DNA of 64,000 nt from Cyanidioschyzon merolae (Eukaryota): assembly GCA_000091205.1 (NCBI GenBank), contig AP006484.2; one strand, 5' to 3'. Of the stretch, positions 29,902 to 41,348 are shown one piece after another. The translations under genes and the position numbers were made by a program. The notes below the pieces were generated by a model. The model searched no databases. It saw nothing but the letters and a program-made list of their open reading frames with translations, and was not told the DNA's origin. The number at the start of each line of letters is the position of its first letter. Within the stretch, counting starts at the first letter, position 1.

Positions 29902-32900
29902 CTACTGCGGATGCGCGAGCACTGCAAAGCAGCTGGCCAGTTGCACGAGGCGAACAACCAGTTCGCTTGTCTGGTCCGCTGCGAACGCTGCCAAAGCCTC
30001 TGTAACCGAGAACCATATGGACCAGTCTTGGATGCATGGATGCTCTGTTGCGCAGTGCTCTGCGTCTCTCTGCATCCAAGCAAACACTTCGCCTGATACC
30101 GCGAGTCGAAGAAGCGCCGAGCGTTCCGGCTGCTCGCGGATCGCCAGGGCCAGCTGCGCTCGCGCGATACGCACCAGCTCGACAAGATCATCATCCGCGA
30201 TGGTCATGGGCAGCTTTGCCGTATCAAGGTGCCGCAGCAACGCTAACGCAACGCGCACATCATGACCCATCGCCAGACGTAGACTGATGCCCAGAGCTCG
30301 GTGCATCGCGTCTCTGGTTTCCGCGACGTAGACAGCATCTCCCCAGTGCGCCGTTCCCGAACGCAACGCGGCAGGCGAGTTACCGCACCCGGCCTCATCG
30401 CTTCGATCATCGATATGCCCGGGCGCTTTGGCGGCTTTCCATCGATCGCAATCATCATGCAATGGTAGAACGGGCCCACCGAAGCACGTGTTCCACCGAA
30501 ATACACTCCAGTCATCAACAAGCCAGACGTGCTCGTGATCGAGAAACGGACGGAGCAATTGCTGTGCTGCAAACCAGCTGCAAAACGCCCATTCGACTAC
30601 GTCGTGTAGCTTTTGCATCCACAGCACTGAAACGCCGCGTGCACTGCCGCGTGGCGCTATCGACGCTGCGGTGCGTGTCAACGGGTCATGGCCGCGCACC
30701 ATCGAATACAGGATATGGAGCGCTGTAGCACCTGGGATCGGCGGGTTATGCAGTATCGCATCAAAGAAGAGCGTATCCATCGTGGACGGAGCGTGAAGCA
30801 TCGGTACTGCTGCGCTTTCCGCCCAGAACGTTTGCCATATTCGTTGCATCGGGTGTAGCCAGGTGTCCTGAACGAAGCCCTCGAGGGCGTGCCGCATACG
30901 AAGCGCATCGCCCCCGCTCAACGTCCTATCCACATCTGTACCGTATCGAAATGGTGCGCATCTGCGTTGTGAACGGGTCCGTGATCCTTCCAGAAATGTC
31001 TGAAAAATTACACGAATGACAAGAAAGGCAACATCGACGGTGCTCAGGCCGGTAGCCAGCAACGCCTCCGCATCAATTCCAGGTACAGGGGTATGCCCTG
31101 CATTCGTCGTCATTGTTGTCATATTGTGTACTTGTCGGTTTGCATCGTTAGGAACAAGTGCGCTTGCGAGAGCCGTTTCAATCCAACGGGTTTCAGGTAA
31201 GGCGGATTGCCACTTCTCGCGATGCAACATGAGAATGAGAGAGGCGCCCGGGGCTGGCGCAGTGCTCCACCTTATCTCGAAGGTCTCAAGAACCTGATGA
31301 AATGTGGGTATTGTGTCAGGTGCCGAAGAGGCGTGCCCAGGGTTTTTGTCCAGGAAGCGTAACGTCCCGTGAACGCGTACCGCAGACGCTTTTGTAAGCG
31401 AAGCGTACCAGAGCGCTAGCGCTTCCACGTACTCCGCTTGTCGCCAGAAAAGGATCCAGGAGCGAGGCCAAGCGTCGTTCAGGTGCTCGTGAACGAGTGC
31501 TTCCCAGCGAATCCAGGCTCGGTTAACTGTGGTGGCCACGATTTCCGCGAGAGCGCGTTTGTCAATGCTGTCCCATGCACAAGGAAGCCATTCGGTTGCA
31601 GTGATGAGTTCCCATAGCAGCAAATGAATGCGCTCGAGCCAGCAGGTCAGCGATGGGGGTGTTCGGTGTCCTGTCGCATCGCCGACGGCCTCGAGGCCTG
31701 ACTGCTTTGCGTCGGAGTGCGCTTCCAAGGTGCTCGGTAAAGAATCCCGCTCTTCCTTCGCATCCTCCAGCGACACCAGGATTGCGTCTATAGTCTGGGA
31801 AAGATGCTCTGCCTTGGACATCGACTCGTTGCATGCACCATCATGTGCTCGTTCCGAACATAATATTACTTCTGGTGGAGATGCGGTTTCCATCGGTGCT
31901 GCTGTGGCAGCTTCTGGTGCTTGTTTCTCCAAGAGTCCCTGCAGCTGCAGTTGACCTCGTTTTTGCTCAATCATTTTCATGACGTACTCGGGTAGCACGG
32001 ATCGAAGCCAAGCTCGAGCGGACAGCGCTGGAGAACGCTCGTGCGATTCACGAGTCCCGTCTTTCGAACTTACCGACCGCATTGGCGATACAGCATCTGG
32101 AACGTCGTTCTCTGGCCCGAACGGCAGTGCGCTTGGCAGATCGATGGTGGTGGTACGGGCCTGTGCGAACGTCCCGGGGATTACGCTGTCCCCTGGTGTT
32201 GCAGTGCGCCCGGGCATTTGGTTCACGACCAGGGGCCCTTTCGCTGCCGACGAGGCTGTCTCCTGTGCCCGTGCCTCAAAAGACACTACGGATTCCTGCT
32301 CAGACAGCGGGTGTGGTGCCGAGTCTTTTGCTCTTCTAGACAACTTGTGCCAGACGACAAGCCCCCCATCAGGCATCAGCAGCGTACCTCCCGGGAGTAG
32401 CCGTGCATCGCGCGGCACCTGCCAGGAGGCCACCCGTCGAACCCAGGGACGAGGTAAACCCGAGCGTCGACGGTTACTAGATCGTTCTGGAGAGGGCGTT
32501 TCCGGCTCTCCAAGGGCAAACAGAGATAGCAATCCCCGCTGCGCACTGAGTGTGAGAAATCTAGGCGTTCGACTCGGTACAGCGATGATATCCGCCTGCG
32601 TCTTGGTTCCATCGGACCCCTGCAGGCGTTCTGGAGACTCCACTACAACATGCTCTATCCACGCGACATGCACGGCGGGCACCGCTTTATGCAAGTAGAT
32701 CGGGTAAAGCGCCCTGTCACTTGCATAAAAGACGAGCACCCGTCCAGCTCTGTCGACAGCCAGCAACCAGGAAACACCACCGGCCCGCCGACGATTACTC
32801 CATCTCGCACACTGCACCACATGATGCGAACCATTATCGTCAAAGGCGCGCTCCAAACGAAGCGTTTCTCGCTGTGGGACCCATTCCAGAAAGCGTTGCG

Positions 32901-35001
32901 AATGGTACATCGCACGATGGTGTTCTCGCGGCCGCTGTATAAGCGCTGGATGATACACCAGCGAAAAGTCCGCAGGAGCAGTCTTCAAATCGACCTGCTC
33001 TGCACAATCTGTACCTGAGAAATGATGCCCGTGATGTGAGCCCATTCTCATCGACGTATCCAGAGTCTCTGGATCAACAGCACCAGTGGAGGTCCCCGGT
33101 GCACCTTGAGAGGACGCTGCTGCCGGCAACTGCTCGTTCTTCGAGAACATAGCTCGTATGCCGGCATCCGGCCCTGGTCCTTGCACTCTCGAGTCCGCTG
33201 GACACCGCGTTCGTTGCCCAGTGCTCCCTAGTTGGAGCGCTGCGTTCCGATCCCAGTGCCACTGGTATGGAAGGTTCTTGATCAAGCGCTTCGCCTGCTG
33301 TTGCCATTTTTTCGCGAGCTTGTAGGCGGTGGCTGCGGCGCGAGCACCACGACTCGGACATGGAGCAGCCCAGACACCCACTGCAGGAGAGCGACCAGCT
33401 GTGATCACGTAAAATCTCGACGCCCCTGCTCCGTCACTGCGAGACTGCTGGCCTTGCTGCACCGTGTCGGGTAGATGAGCGATCCAGTGCGCGCTGATCC
33501 AGGTTGATCTAGCCTTTTGCGGTAACGACCATTCGTGAACCCAAGCGGTTGCCGTATCACAGGCGTCCGTCGAATCTGGAACGTCACCCACAGTCGTCAC
33601 GAGCGCAATGGTATCCAGCACTAGAACGGAGCCGTCGGGATGCGAAACGCTTACGAGACCTTTGGCAGAGGCGTTGAGGGCGCAGCGGTCCTCAGTCCAG
33701 GCCGCTGTCTGGCCTTGATCAGCATTCGGGACACGGTGATACGTATCTCGACCCCAGAGGTGAGCTTGCACGCTTGCAACGCCGCCTATAGAGCTGGATG
33801 TGCAAGCTTCGTTTGAATGGATCAAGGTAGAGAGCAACGCTCCAGTTTCCAGCGCCGGTACTCTGAAGCAAGCTAGTATGCCTTGCTCATAAGCTATCCA
33901 GAGCCAGTGCGTTGCAACAGCAGTGGCAGGAGAAGTAGTAGTAGAAATCAAGTCCATTTCCTGCTGCTCATCAACAGACGCTGGTGCCTTTTGCAGCGCT
34001 GATGCATCCGCCGTCTGCCCACTGGGAACAAAGCAAGCATCCCAAACTGGCCTCGGGGCAGCAGCAACAGCAGCAGCAGCAGAACAATCAGCAGCCGTGA
34101 ACACCCTACCACTGGAGGAACTCTCCATCACCGACTGCGTCTGTGCTTCACAGGAGGCCCCTGGAGACGAGTGCACATGCAACGGCGCCGCAGATGCGGA
34201 AGATACCCTCTTCCCGTGCATGTGCGCTGGTGTCTGCTGGTCCCTCGGCGATATCTGGGATACCCGTTGCAAATTCGAAGCATCGGCTTCTTCGAAGGCA
34301 GGCTGTTCGAGTAGCCACCATCGGGACGCAGCCGCCGAAGCAATCGACACTGCAACTAGGATTGCGCGCTGATTCCACCTACAGACCATGTAGAGTGTAG
34401 ATGTTCCAGGCTCGAGCAGCTCTGGTCCCGCCAACACCTCCAGAGACAGATGAAGCTGGGCTGCCTCGTTCGGTTCCCGCTGCGACACGACTGAAGCGCT
34501 CCAGGGCAGAATCGGACCCAGTGATGCAGCGGATGATGCTGTCGTTGGATTCAAAATCTGTTGCATCGCTCCGTAAGCATTGTTCGGTATTCTTGATATC
34601 GGACGAGTCTGAGGCGGCATAACTGCAAGCGAGCCGGTTTCAGCTTGCGATACGTTTCGTCGCGTCCAAGCAGGAGCAGTTCCTACCTCGCCGTTCTCAT
34701 CAGCGTATGGACGCAAGGCACCTCGAGGTGACGCGTCCAAGCGCGAAGAATCTGTCTCAGCAGGTCCGCGCAGTTCGCTTGGCAGCGTGCATAGCAAAAA
34801 AGGAACAGGATCCGTTTGCCCTTGGCATGGCGTATGCATTCTTTTGCGAGAATGGAGCGTCCACGCGTTTCCGTCCGCTCGAAAATCGTATTGAATGCGT
34901 TTTCCCCACCGGTGGCACGGAATGCAGTCGAACTTGGTGTTCGTCTGGGTTTGCCAGTTGTGCCGCGCCCAGCGTTCTGTTGCTTGTCGCACAGGTGGCA
35001 A
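29902..35001 (-). CDS. Large uncharacterised protein (1699 aa). No family confidently recognised.
   Basis: A 5.1-kb uninterrupted ORF in GC-rich DNA with gene-like composition. It has low-complexity linkers and possible beta-propeller-like segments. Confidence 0.5.
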   Translation of the reverse strand: MPPVRQATERWARHNWQTQTNTKFDCIPCHRWGKRIQYDFRADGNAWTLHSRKRMHTPCQGQTDPVPFLLCTLPSELRGPAETDSSRLDASPRGALRPYADENGEVGTAPAWTRRNVSQAETGSLAVMPPQTRPISRIPNNAYGAMQQILNPTTASSAASLGPILPWSASVVSQREPNEAAQLHLSLEVLAGPELLEPGTSTLYMVCRWNQRAILVAVSIASAAASRWWLLEQPAFEEADASNLQRVSQISPRDQQTPAHMHGKRVSSASAAPLHVHSSPGASCEAQTQSVMESSSSGRVFTAADCSAAAAVAAAPRPVWDACFVPSGQTADASALQKAPASVDEQQEMDLISTTTSPATAVATHWLWIAYEQGILACFRVPALETGALLSTLIHSNEACTSSSIGGVASVQAHLWGRDTYHRVPNADQGQTAAWTEDRCALNASAKGLVSVSHPDGSVLVLDTIALVTTVGDVPDSTDACDTATAWVHEWSLPQKARSTWISAHWIAHLPDTVQQGQQSRSDGAGASRFYVITAGRSPAVGVWAAPCPSRGARAAATAYKLAKKWQQQAKRLIKNLPYQWHWDRNAALQLGSTGQRTRCPADSRVQGPGPDAGIRAMFSKNEQLPAAASSQGAPGTSTGAVDPETLDTSMRMGSHHGHHFSGTDCAEQVDLKTAPADFSLVYHPALIQRPREHHRAMYHSQRFLEWVPQRETLRLERAFDDNGSHHVVQCARWSNRRRAGGVSWLLAVDRAGRVLVFYASDRALYPIYLHKAVPAVHVAWIEHVVVESPERLQGSDGTKTQADIIAVPSRTPRFLTLSAQRGLLSLFALGEPETPSPERSSNRRRSGLPRPWVRRVASWQVPRDARLLPGGTLLMPDGGLVVWHKLSRRAKDSAPHPLSEQESVVSFEARAQETASSAAKGPLVVNQMPGRTATPGDSVIPGTFAQARTTTIDLPSALPFGPENDVPDAVSPMRSVSSKDGTRESHERSPALSARAWLRSVLPEYVMKMIEQKRGQLQLQGLLEKQAPEAATAAPMETASPPEVILCSERAHDGACNESMSKAEHLSQTIDAILVSLEDAKEERDSLPSTLEAHSDAKQSGLEAVGDATGHRTPPSLTCWLERIHLLLWELITATEWLPCAWDSIDKRALAEIVATTVNRAWIRWEALVHEHLNDAWPRSWILFWRQAEYVEALALWYASLTKASAVRVHGTLRFLDKNPGHASSAPDTIPTFHQVLETFEIRWSTAPAPGASLILMLHREKWQSALPETRWIETALASALVPNDANRQVHNMTTMTTNAGHTPVPGIDAEALLATGLSTVDVAFLVIRVIFQTFLEGSRTRSQRRCAPFRYGTDVDRTLSGGDALRMRHALEGFVQDTWLHPMQRIWQTFWAESAAVPMLHAPSTMDTLFFDAILHNPPIPGATALHILYSMVRGHDPLTRTAASIAPRGSARGVSVLWMQKLHDVVEWAFCSWFAAQQLLRPFLDHEHVWLVDDWSVFRWNTCFGGPVLPLHDDCDRWKAAKAPGHIDDRSDEAGCGNSPAALRSGTAHWGDAVYVAETRDAMHRALGISLRLAMGHDVRVALALLRHLDTAKLPMTIADDDLVELVRIARAQLALAIREQPERSALLRLAVSGEVFAWMQRDAEHCATEHPCIQDWSIWFSVTEALAAFAADQTSELVVRLVQLASCFAVLAHPQ

Positions 35002-35781
35002 TGCGTCCAGCCTGAACCTGGTGGGTACCTCTCCCGAAATAACCGATACAGTGATTCGCTTCTGGGCAAGTCCGAAGCAACCCTGTGAGTTGGCTCAATA
35101 AGCCTGCACTGTATAGGCGGGAAACAGGTGTCCATGTAACTTTTTCTGGCGTCGACGTCTTGGAGTCAGGAGGTAACGCGCACACGAGGGCACTCTTTGC
35201 GTTTTCTCACGCAAGCAATCACAGCAGTCCACAGCACGCCGGCTTGCCGACGTCTTGCTGCCAGCGATTTACGCTTACAAGGGAGCACCCGCAGAGTTTC
35301 TGAGTAAGCAAGCAAGGGTCAACCGAGAAGTCCAGTTCCCAGGTACAACAGTCCACCGCGTTCGCTCAGCAGCAAACTTTGTTGCGCGGCAACTAAGAAA
35401 TCCTATCGAGTCCTCAAACTTACGGAAACAAAGCAACTTTCACCCCTCGAGATCCAGTGCTTCTTCTAAGCCATACCTTGGTCCTCCTTTGACGGTTGCA
35501 CGAGGTCTCCAGGGCCCTCTGTACGCAGTAGCAACTCGCCTTGGAGAACATTTCGCGTAACGTATGGCGCGCAGGATTGATGTTCCGCAGGGACGTCTGT
35601 GGGGCACTCGCTCCGCCTCTGAGGCGGACAACGTTCCATAGGCCACTGACTGAACGAAATCGCTCGTGGCGGGGGTTGGGCGTCTTGCGTAGGACGTAAC
35701 CCCGGAGGCGAAGAGGGCCTCAGCGCTAACTGGCTCTTAAGCGGTGCCTCAGGCTTACATGGAGCCTGACGCGTTACAGCA

Positions 35782-37983
35782 ATGGCTGAGCGGCAGCGTT
35801 GGTGTCTCCAGCGACGGCACCTGTGTCTCGTTTTACGTCCAGAAGCCGGACAACGCTTACGCGAATACCTGGAGCACCCAGACGTTGTTCCAGACTGGAA
35901 CGACGTTGAGTTTGTGGCCGAGCACTCGGATACCGACGTTCCGAGAGCAAACGCTCGAGCAAAGGCTCCCAACGGTGCACGAGACAGCGTAGCGGCGGTC
36001 CCAGAAGCACTGAAAGCGTTATCGTTAACAGACGACGTTGAAGGCCCCGTGGATCCGATCACGCTCGGCGTTTTGCGTGCTCCGTATACCACCCCATGTG
36101 GCCATGTGTATTCAGCGCTGGCGATTGTGCGACACCTGCTCGTAACGTTCGAACGAGCCCGCCCAAGGGGCGTCGAAGACAACACTTGTCAGGTTGGAGA
36201 CGCGCTGCAGTTACTCGCACGGTGCCCCGTATGCACCGACTGGTTCTCTTTTGATGATCTTCGTCCCTATGTTTCCTGGCACAGTCCGACACCGCTAACC
36301 CTGCATTCCCGCATCCGAATGCGTCTGTTGTGCCGCCCTCGGGGTTGTGCGTCCCGTATCATGCTACCTCGAGACTGGATCGACACAACAGAGGCCAAAC
36401 TGTTGTGGTCGGTCGGCGCCAGCACCAAGGCTTCGGAGAAACAGCACGCGCCTGCAGCCATAGCGGATCCCGACCGTACTCAGTGGCATACTGACCAAAC
36501 GCAGTCTACGACAATCAAAGCGTTAGCAGATACGTTTTGCCAGCGTATGATGACTACACCGGTAGCGGAGGACGGAGACGAGCAGCTACTTCCCTCGAGG
36601 AAAAACGGGCGCTTCTATCGGGTCTTGCTCGGGGAACCTGATTTTGTAGAGGAGCTCTTCGTCAGCCGGGAAGCGGAGTTGCAACAGCATCTAATGGAAG
36701 ATGAAACGATGGAGCTGGCGCACACGCTGGTGATGCATCGCGAGCGCGCTCGCAGAGCGACCGTGAAGCGAATAACCCAGCAGATAGAGACCGCTTCATG
36801 GTCGAAGCAGGAACCCTTCGAACCTTTCCTGGCAAACGAGATCGCTCCGTCGCAGTCGAAACGCTTACCGGCTGAAGTGGCCGCTCGGGCAACCGTTGAG
36901 GACCCGCTGGACCTTCCACAGCGGCAAGCGATGCCTCCGGCACGCACTGACGCTTGCCCTGCACCCGAGAAAGCGTCGATTGCCGTAGAGTACGTCGGAC
37001 TGTACCAGATTGCAGATGGTCGACAAGTTTACATGCATCCGCAAAACTATCGAGCACTGCTCCAACAGTACGGATCGGTGGAAAAGCTTCCGCTTTGGAT
37101 CCAGGGTAGCCTTCTCAGCTGCTATGAATGTCGCACCGAAGAGAAGAAGGCGCGCGCCTGGAGAGGCCGCAGCGCCCATGCAAGTTTCCCGAGAGATCCA
37201 GAGGCATCCAATTGTCGTCAGTTTCACTTACCCGTACCGCTACCGCCGGGCTGTGTGTACTTTGTATGCAAACTGGCATTCGGAGATACGGAAACACCGC
37301 GATGTCGCCGCTATCGTCAGCGAGGAGGTGGAAACGTTCATCCGTCGCACGCATCAGGCGCTGTGCAGCAGCCGCCAGCATTTGCTAGCCGAGAAACCGG
37401 TTCAGAAAACCCTTTTAGCACTTCAAGCGCGCATCGTTCGGTGCCTATGTCGAGACAGACGAAGGCACACCGCAACCGACCTGTGCCCAAACCACAAAAA
37501 GAGGTATCTCGTGGAGCGGAACATGTTCAAACCCCAAGAGAGCGACAGCGCGGGCAACCGCGTCTACGCAGCTCAGAACCGTCGCTGCGGGAAGTCTTCG
37601 AACAAGAGCGTCAGCATATCATCGAAGCGCACGGTGGTGCGCAATTATTCTTCCGTGATCCAAGTCGGGAAGCACTGGATCACACTCGACCCTTTTCGCG
37701 AGCAGTTTCTCATCAGCATCCACCGCCGGCTAGCGAGCGGCACGAAATTGCAGAGCGCGCTTCTACCTGGCCTGCGCTGAGCTCGACAATGCTGCCTGCA
37801 GTGGAGCAGGCACCACAGTCTACCGGGGAGCAAATCCAAGCATCTAATGTTTCCTACGCCCGCATTGCGCAAGTGCGGGGAGGATACTACCCCACCCTGC
37901 GCGACTTGTATGGTCATGCGGAATATGTGCGACCCGCAGCAACATCTGCATCCGAGAGCAAAGATAACCACAAGCCGAACTAG
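35782..37983 (+). CDS. Protein with a RING/U-box/SP-RING-like N-terminal module (733 aa), otherwise low complexity
   Basis: DPITLGVLRAPYTTPCGHVYSALAIVRHL...ARCPVCTDWFSFDDLRP resembles a degenerate RING/SP-RING. The start may be a downstream Met. Confidence 0.4.
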   Translation: MAERQRWCLQRRHLCLVLRPEAGQRLREYLEHPDVVPDWNDVEFVAEHSDTDVPRANARAKAPNGARDSVAAVPEALKALSLTDDVEGPVDPITLGVLRAPYTTPCGHVYSALAIVRHLLVTFERARPRGVEDNTCQVGDALQLLARCPVCTDWFSFDDLRPYVSWHSPTPLTLHSRIRMRLLCRPRGCASRIMLPRDWIDTTEAKLLWSVGASTKASEKQHAPAAIADPDRTQWHTDQTQSTTIKALADTFCQRMMTTPVAEDGDEQLLPSRKNGRFYRVLLGEPDFVEELFVSREAELQQHLMEDETMELAHTLVMHRERARRATVKRITQQIETASWSKQEPFEPFLANEIAPSQSKRLPAEVAARATVEDPLDLPQRQAMPPARTDACPAPEKASIAVEYVGLYQIADGRQVYMHPQNYRALLQQYGSVEKLPLWIQGSLLSCYECRTEEKKARAWRGRSAHASFPRDPEASNCRQFHLPVPLPPGCVYFVCKLAFGDTETPRCRRYRQRGGGNVHPSHASGAVQQPPAFASRETGSENPFSTSSAHRSVPMSRQTKAHRNRPVPKPQKEVSRGAEHVQTPRERQRGQPRLRSSEPSLREVFEQERQHIIEAHGGAQLFFRDPSREALDHTRPFSRAVSHQHPPPASERHEIAERASTWPALSSTMLPAVEQAPQSTGEQIQASNVSYARIAQVRGGYYPTLRDLYGHAEYVRPAATSASESKDNHKPN

Positions 37984-38468
37984 TTCGGAGGCAATCCCTT
38001 GGAACGAGTCCAAATCTCTGGAAGCGCTCCGCATTCGGTGCGCTGTGGCTCGATGCAGCGCTCCAGTGTCGCACCAAATCTTGCATCTATCTTTGAAGAC
38101 ATAGACGCATCGGGTACAGTGCCTGGATCAATATTCTATGGTTTCGCTGCGTTGGTCAGCACGCAAGCGCTTTCGATACCGAATGCGGAAGCAATGATCT
38201 GGCCCTAGGCGGAACGCTTCGGTTCCCGAAACATTCGCCTCCTGGGATGCGCAGCTGGAAATCATTCAACGCTACGCCCCGCTGCTTCATACGCCTCGCG
38301 ATGAAGCACTTGAGCAGTGCATCAGACTTGGCGGTCGGTTACAGCCCTAACTGCGGATCCGGAGGCAGATCTCCTGCTCACAGCTGCGTCTGCGGTGGTT
38401 GGTCTCGGTCACCAGCTCCGCGTAGACACTGACCATACGGTCTGGTTTGGCCCCAGCAATGTGCTGCG

Positions 38469-39623
38469 CTAGTGTGCCTGCTCAGTTTCTGCGTTCGCGG
38501 AAAAATCACAGAGTCGAGGTCGTGTCCACAGGTACCAAGCAACACCGAAGAACGGTATCCATCGGGCTACGCCCAACATACGTGTTCCCTTCTGACTCTG
38601 TGGGTTTAAGCCTCGTCGACGCATATCGTCGGGCACCAGCTCAGCCTGGAACAGCGCAAAGACCAGCATATCAATTGGAAAGGACACTGCTAGACGATCT
38701 TTCTGTAGAAATGCCTGCCAATAGAGCTGGAAACGCTCTAGCGTAAATGGTGGTGCCGCTGGGTACTCTGGACGACCCGCGAACGCCCAGAGCATTGCAA
38801 ACAAGGCCACAACGCAGAGGATCAGGGGTAAGCCGCGGGACTCGGCTATCCGCAGCAGCATATCAGCTTCGCTGTGCCTCGCTGCTACCGTTTTTTTCGT
38901 AGATGTGAATGGTCGCAGCGAATGCTCTGATGAATCCGTGTCTACGATGGTTGCAAGGCTGCTGGGGTTCTGGCGCAGCACCAGGTACGGCAAGTAGAAG
39001 ACATTGGTGAGCAGTGCGGAGCCTACCAGGAAGACCCACATGGGCAGTATTTGTTTTTGTACTTGCTTTTGAGCGGTGCGGCAATGCCGGCTAATGTCAT
39101 CGCTGAGAAAGCCGATAAAGAGTAACGCCCAGCATACGACAATCTGGAAGGTGCTCTCCAGAACCGGGTGCAAAACTGGGGCCTGGCTAGGACTTAAAAG
39201 CGGAAGGATGAAAAAAAAGTTCATAGATAGGTCCAGAGCCTCATGAATGGTCTCGCTGTCGATACGGAAAACACTAGACCCCGGTAAAAGGTCTGAACAG
39301 AGCACGACACCCACGTACACGAGCCAGCAGACAAAGATTAAGGCCTTGCGGTGCGTCGGCTTTGCCTGCTTCATCACTAGCTGGTGTAGGCGACTTGTTG
39401 TCGCGCTCGCTGTTCGTTTCAGAGCATAGACGGCAAAGGGTTTTCCCTGGGAAAACAAACGATGCGCGCAGTTGATGAACGGGTAAGCAACGGTGAGCTT
39501 TGCGTGGACGCTCCCGCGTCTCGAGGCAGCACTGCATACGACGCTGCGGTTGCGCGAGCTCAAGCACAATGATAGCGTCCTCCGAGTAACGTGACTGCAA
39601 CCTGAGCCCAAAAACAACAGCAT
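38469..39623 (-). CDS. Multi-pass membrane protein (384 aa), uncharacterised
   Basis: Five or six hydrophobic helices: LIFVCWLVYVGVVLC, FQIVVCWALLFIGFL, ILPMWVFLVGSALLTNVFYLPYLVL, LPLILCVVALFAMLWAFAG, IPFFGVAWYLW. Confidence 0.4.
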   Translation of the reverse strand: MLLFLGSGCSHVTRRTLSLCLSSRNRSVVCSAASRRGSVHAKLTVAYPFINCAHRLFSQGKPFAVYALKRTASATTSRLHQLVMKQAKPTHRKALIFVCWLVYVGVVLCSDLLPGSSVFRIDSETIHEALDLSMNFFFILPLLSPSQAPVLHPVLESTFQIVVCWALLFIGFLSDDISRHCRTAQKQVQKQILPMWVFLVGSALLTNVFYLPYLVLRQNPSSLATIVDTDSSEHSLRPFTSTKKTVAARHSEADMLLRIAESRGLPLILCVVALFAMLWAFAGRPEYPAAPPFTLERFQLYWQAFLQKDRLAVSFPIDMLVFALFQAELVPDDMRRRGLNPQSQKGTRMLGVARWIPFFGVAWYLWTRPRLCDFSANAETEQAH

Positions 39624-41348
39624 TCAGAGGACTTGAGTAATCTAGTTCCGTCGTGTTCCCCGTCACCTCCGCGAGACCAGCCCGGTGAGCGCACCGTACC
39701 CGCACCAAGACCAGTCATAGCCGCGGTCATGGTTATATGGACTTGTCGGGGCTGGTTGCATCCGATGCAGCGCTATTGGAAAGCAGCCCCCAAACATAGC
39801 GGTGTCATCGACTGGTCCAACTTGCATGTGAAGCGATCGCTCCTGTTGCCCTAAAATAAAGTCTTTCAGCCGATTAACCTTCATGGTAGAAAAACGGAAC
39901 TGGTCGTCTAGTTCGGGCGTACACGCGAAAGTTTAGGCACTTCCATGATCATCATATATACCAGTCTTGACGAATTTTTCTGTGACTAGTGCCTTGTCTC
40001 TCCGTTGATCTGTAGCTCTAAGTACGCCGATCTTTCCTCTCCCTCTGGCTGCGTTTCCAGCAGCAGAAGCATGTGTTGATGACAGCGTTCGAGTCCCGAT
40101 TTCTCCGCTTCTGCTTGTAGGCTACGCATTTCGTGCACAGGCGGTCGTTGCGATCTGAGCTTCGTATACCATATTCTTTTTCTCGTGTATGCACAGCCTC
40201 GGTGGGTCCATCGCAGCTGCGAAACTTGACAGCGGTACGTTGTATCCATCCGTCCGCCATAGGTTTTCGTCCTCCGACGGTCGTCCTGTGCCGCAAAAGC
40301 ATTCGCTGCATCGCTCGGTTCATGCCCTTGACAAGCATAGAAGGCTCCCTCGATACCCGTCTCCGTACCCAGCGATGATGATGTGCTTTGTATGAAAGAT
40401 CCGCACGGTGAGTACGCTCTACGCCGCGTATGGCAGCGCATGCTGTTCCAGTCGATGTGCGATTTCTGGACCGCTATGTTAGCCATGATGATGAGACAAG
40501 CACCGGAGGTGAAATCCAGGTATGAAAAGAGATCGAGAAGTTCCGAGTCTACGACCCTATTCTGTGTCAATAGAGGAGACGTTAGCGTATATGATCGTGT
40601 ATCATGAAGCGTGACACGCTGGTGAGGCATGCGCGTTTGCGGATGCGCACAGAGCGAGGACGATTCTCGTTTCGCATGAAATAGATAACTCGACAAGTTC
40701 AGCGAGCGTTCGTTATGAGCATATGCAAAAGTCATCAAGGGACGACGTCGTGTGCAGTTCCTTGATCATCAAGCAGTGCGCATTGCATTGCGTACAGGCT
40801 GCCCCGAAACAAAAACAGATAGAGAACTTGAAGAAACTGTGATTCGAGCATGCGACACGTAAGTAAATCAGAGGTGTTCTGGCTTGTACGTATGAAGTGT
40901 ATCACGACATCGTTTATTTTATCGACCTGGTTCGAGGATGGTGCGAAGCATCCTGATGCCCATGACGTAACGAATTCAAGCGACTAGAACGCAAAGGAGT
41001 CGTTTAGAAACCCCAACGGAGAAATCCAGAATAACGTATGCATCCATAAGCCCTAATTGCTGCACTTGGAGTATCGATGCTGTAAGTGTAAGAATAAGTT
41101 CGGAAAAGAATTGCAAGGCGCGTACAGAGCGACCGGTTCCGTGCTCCATTCCAATCTGAGGAAGGCCAGGAACACCACGTCAGGGACGTGGCGACTTGTA
41201 CGCGTGACTGTCGACAGTTCTCACTGGGTGCCACAGGAACTGCGCGAATCAGTCCAGGAACTGTACGTGTTTTCGTTTCGCTGGGGCATAGCAGGGCCGG
41301 CGTGGATAGCGCACCACGCTCGCTTCCATAGCAGGAACGGAGGCGAGC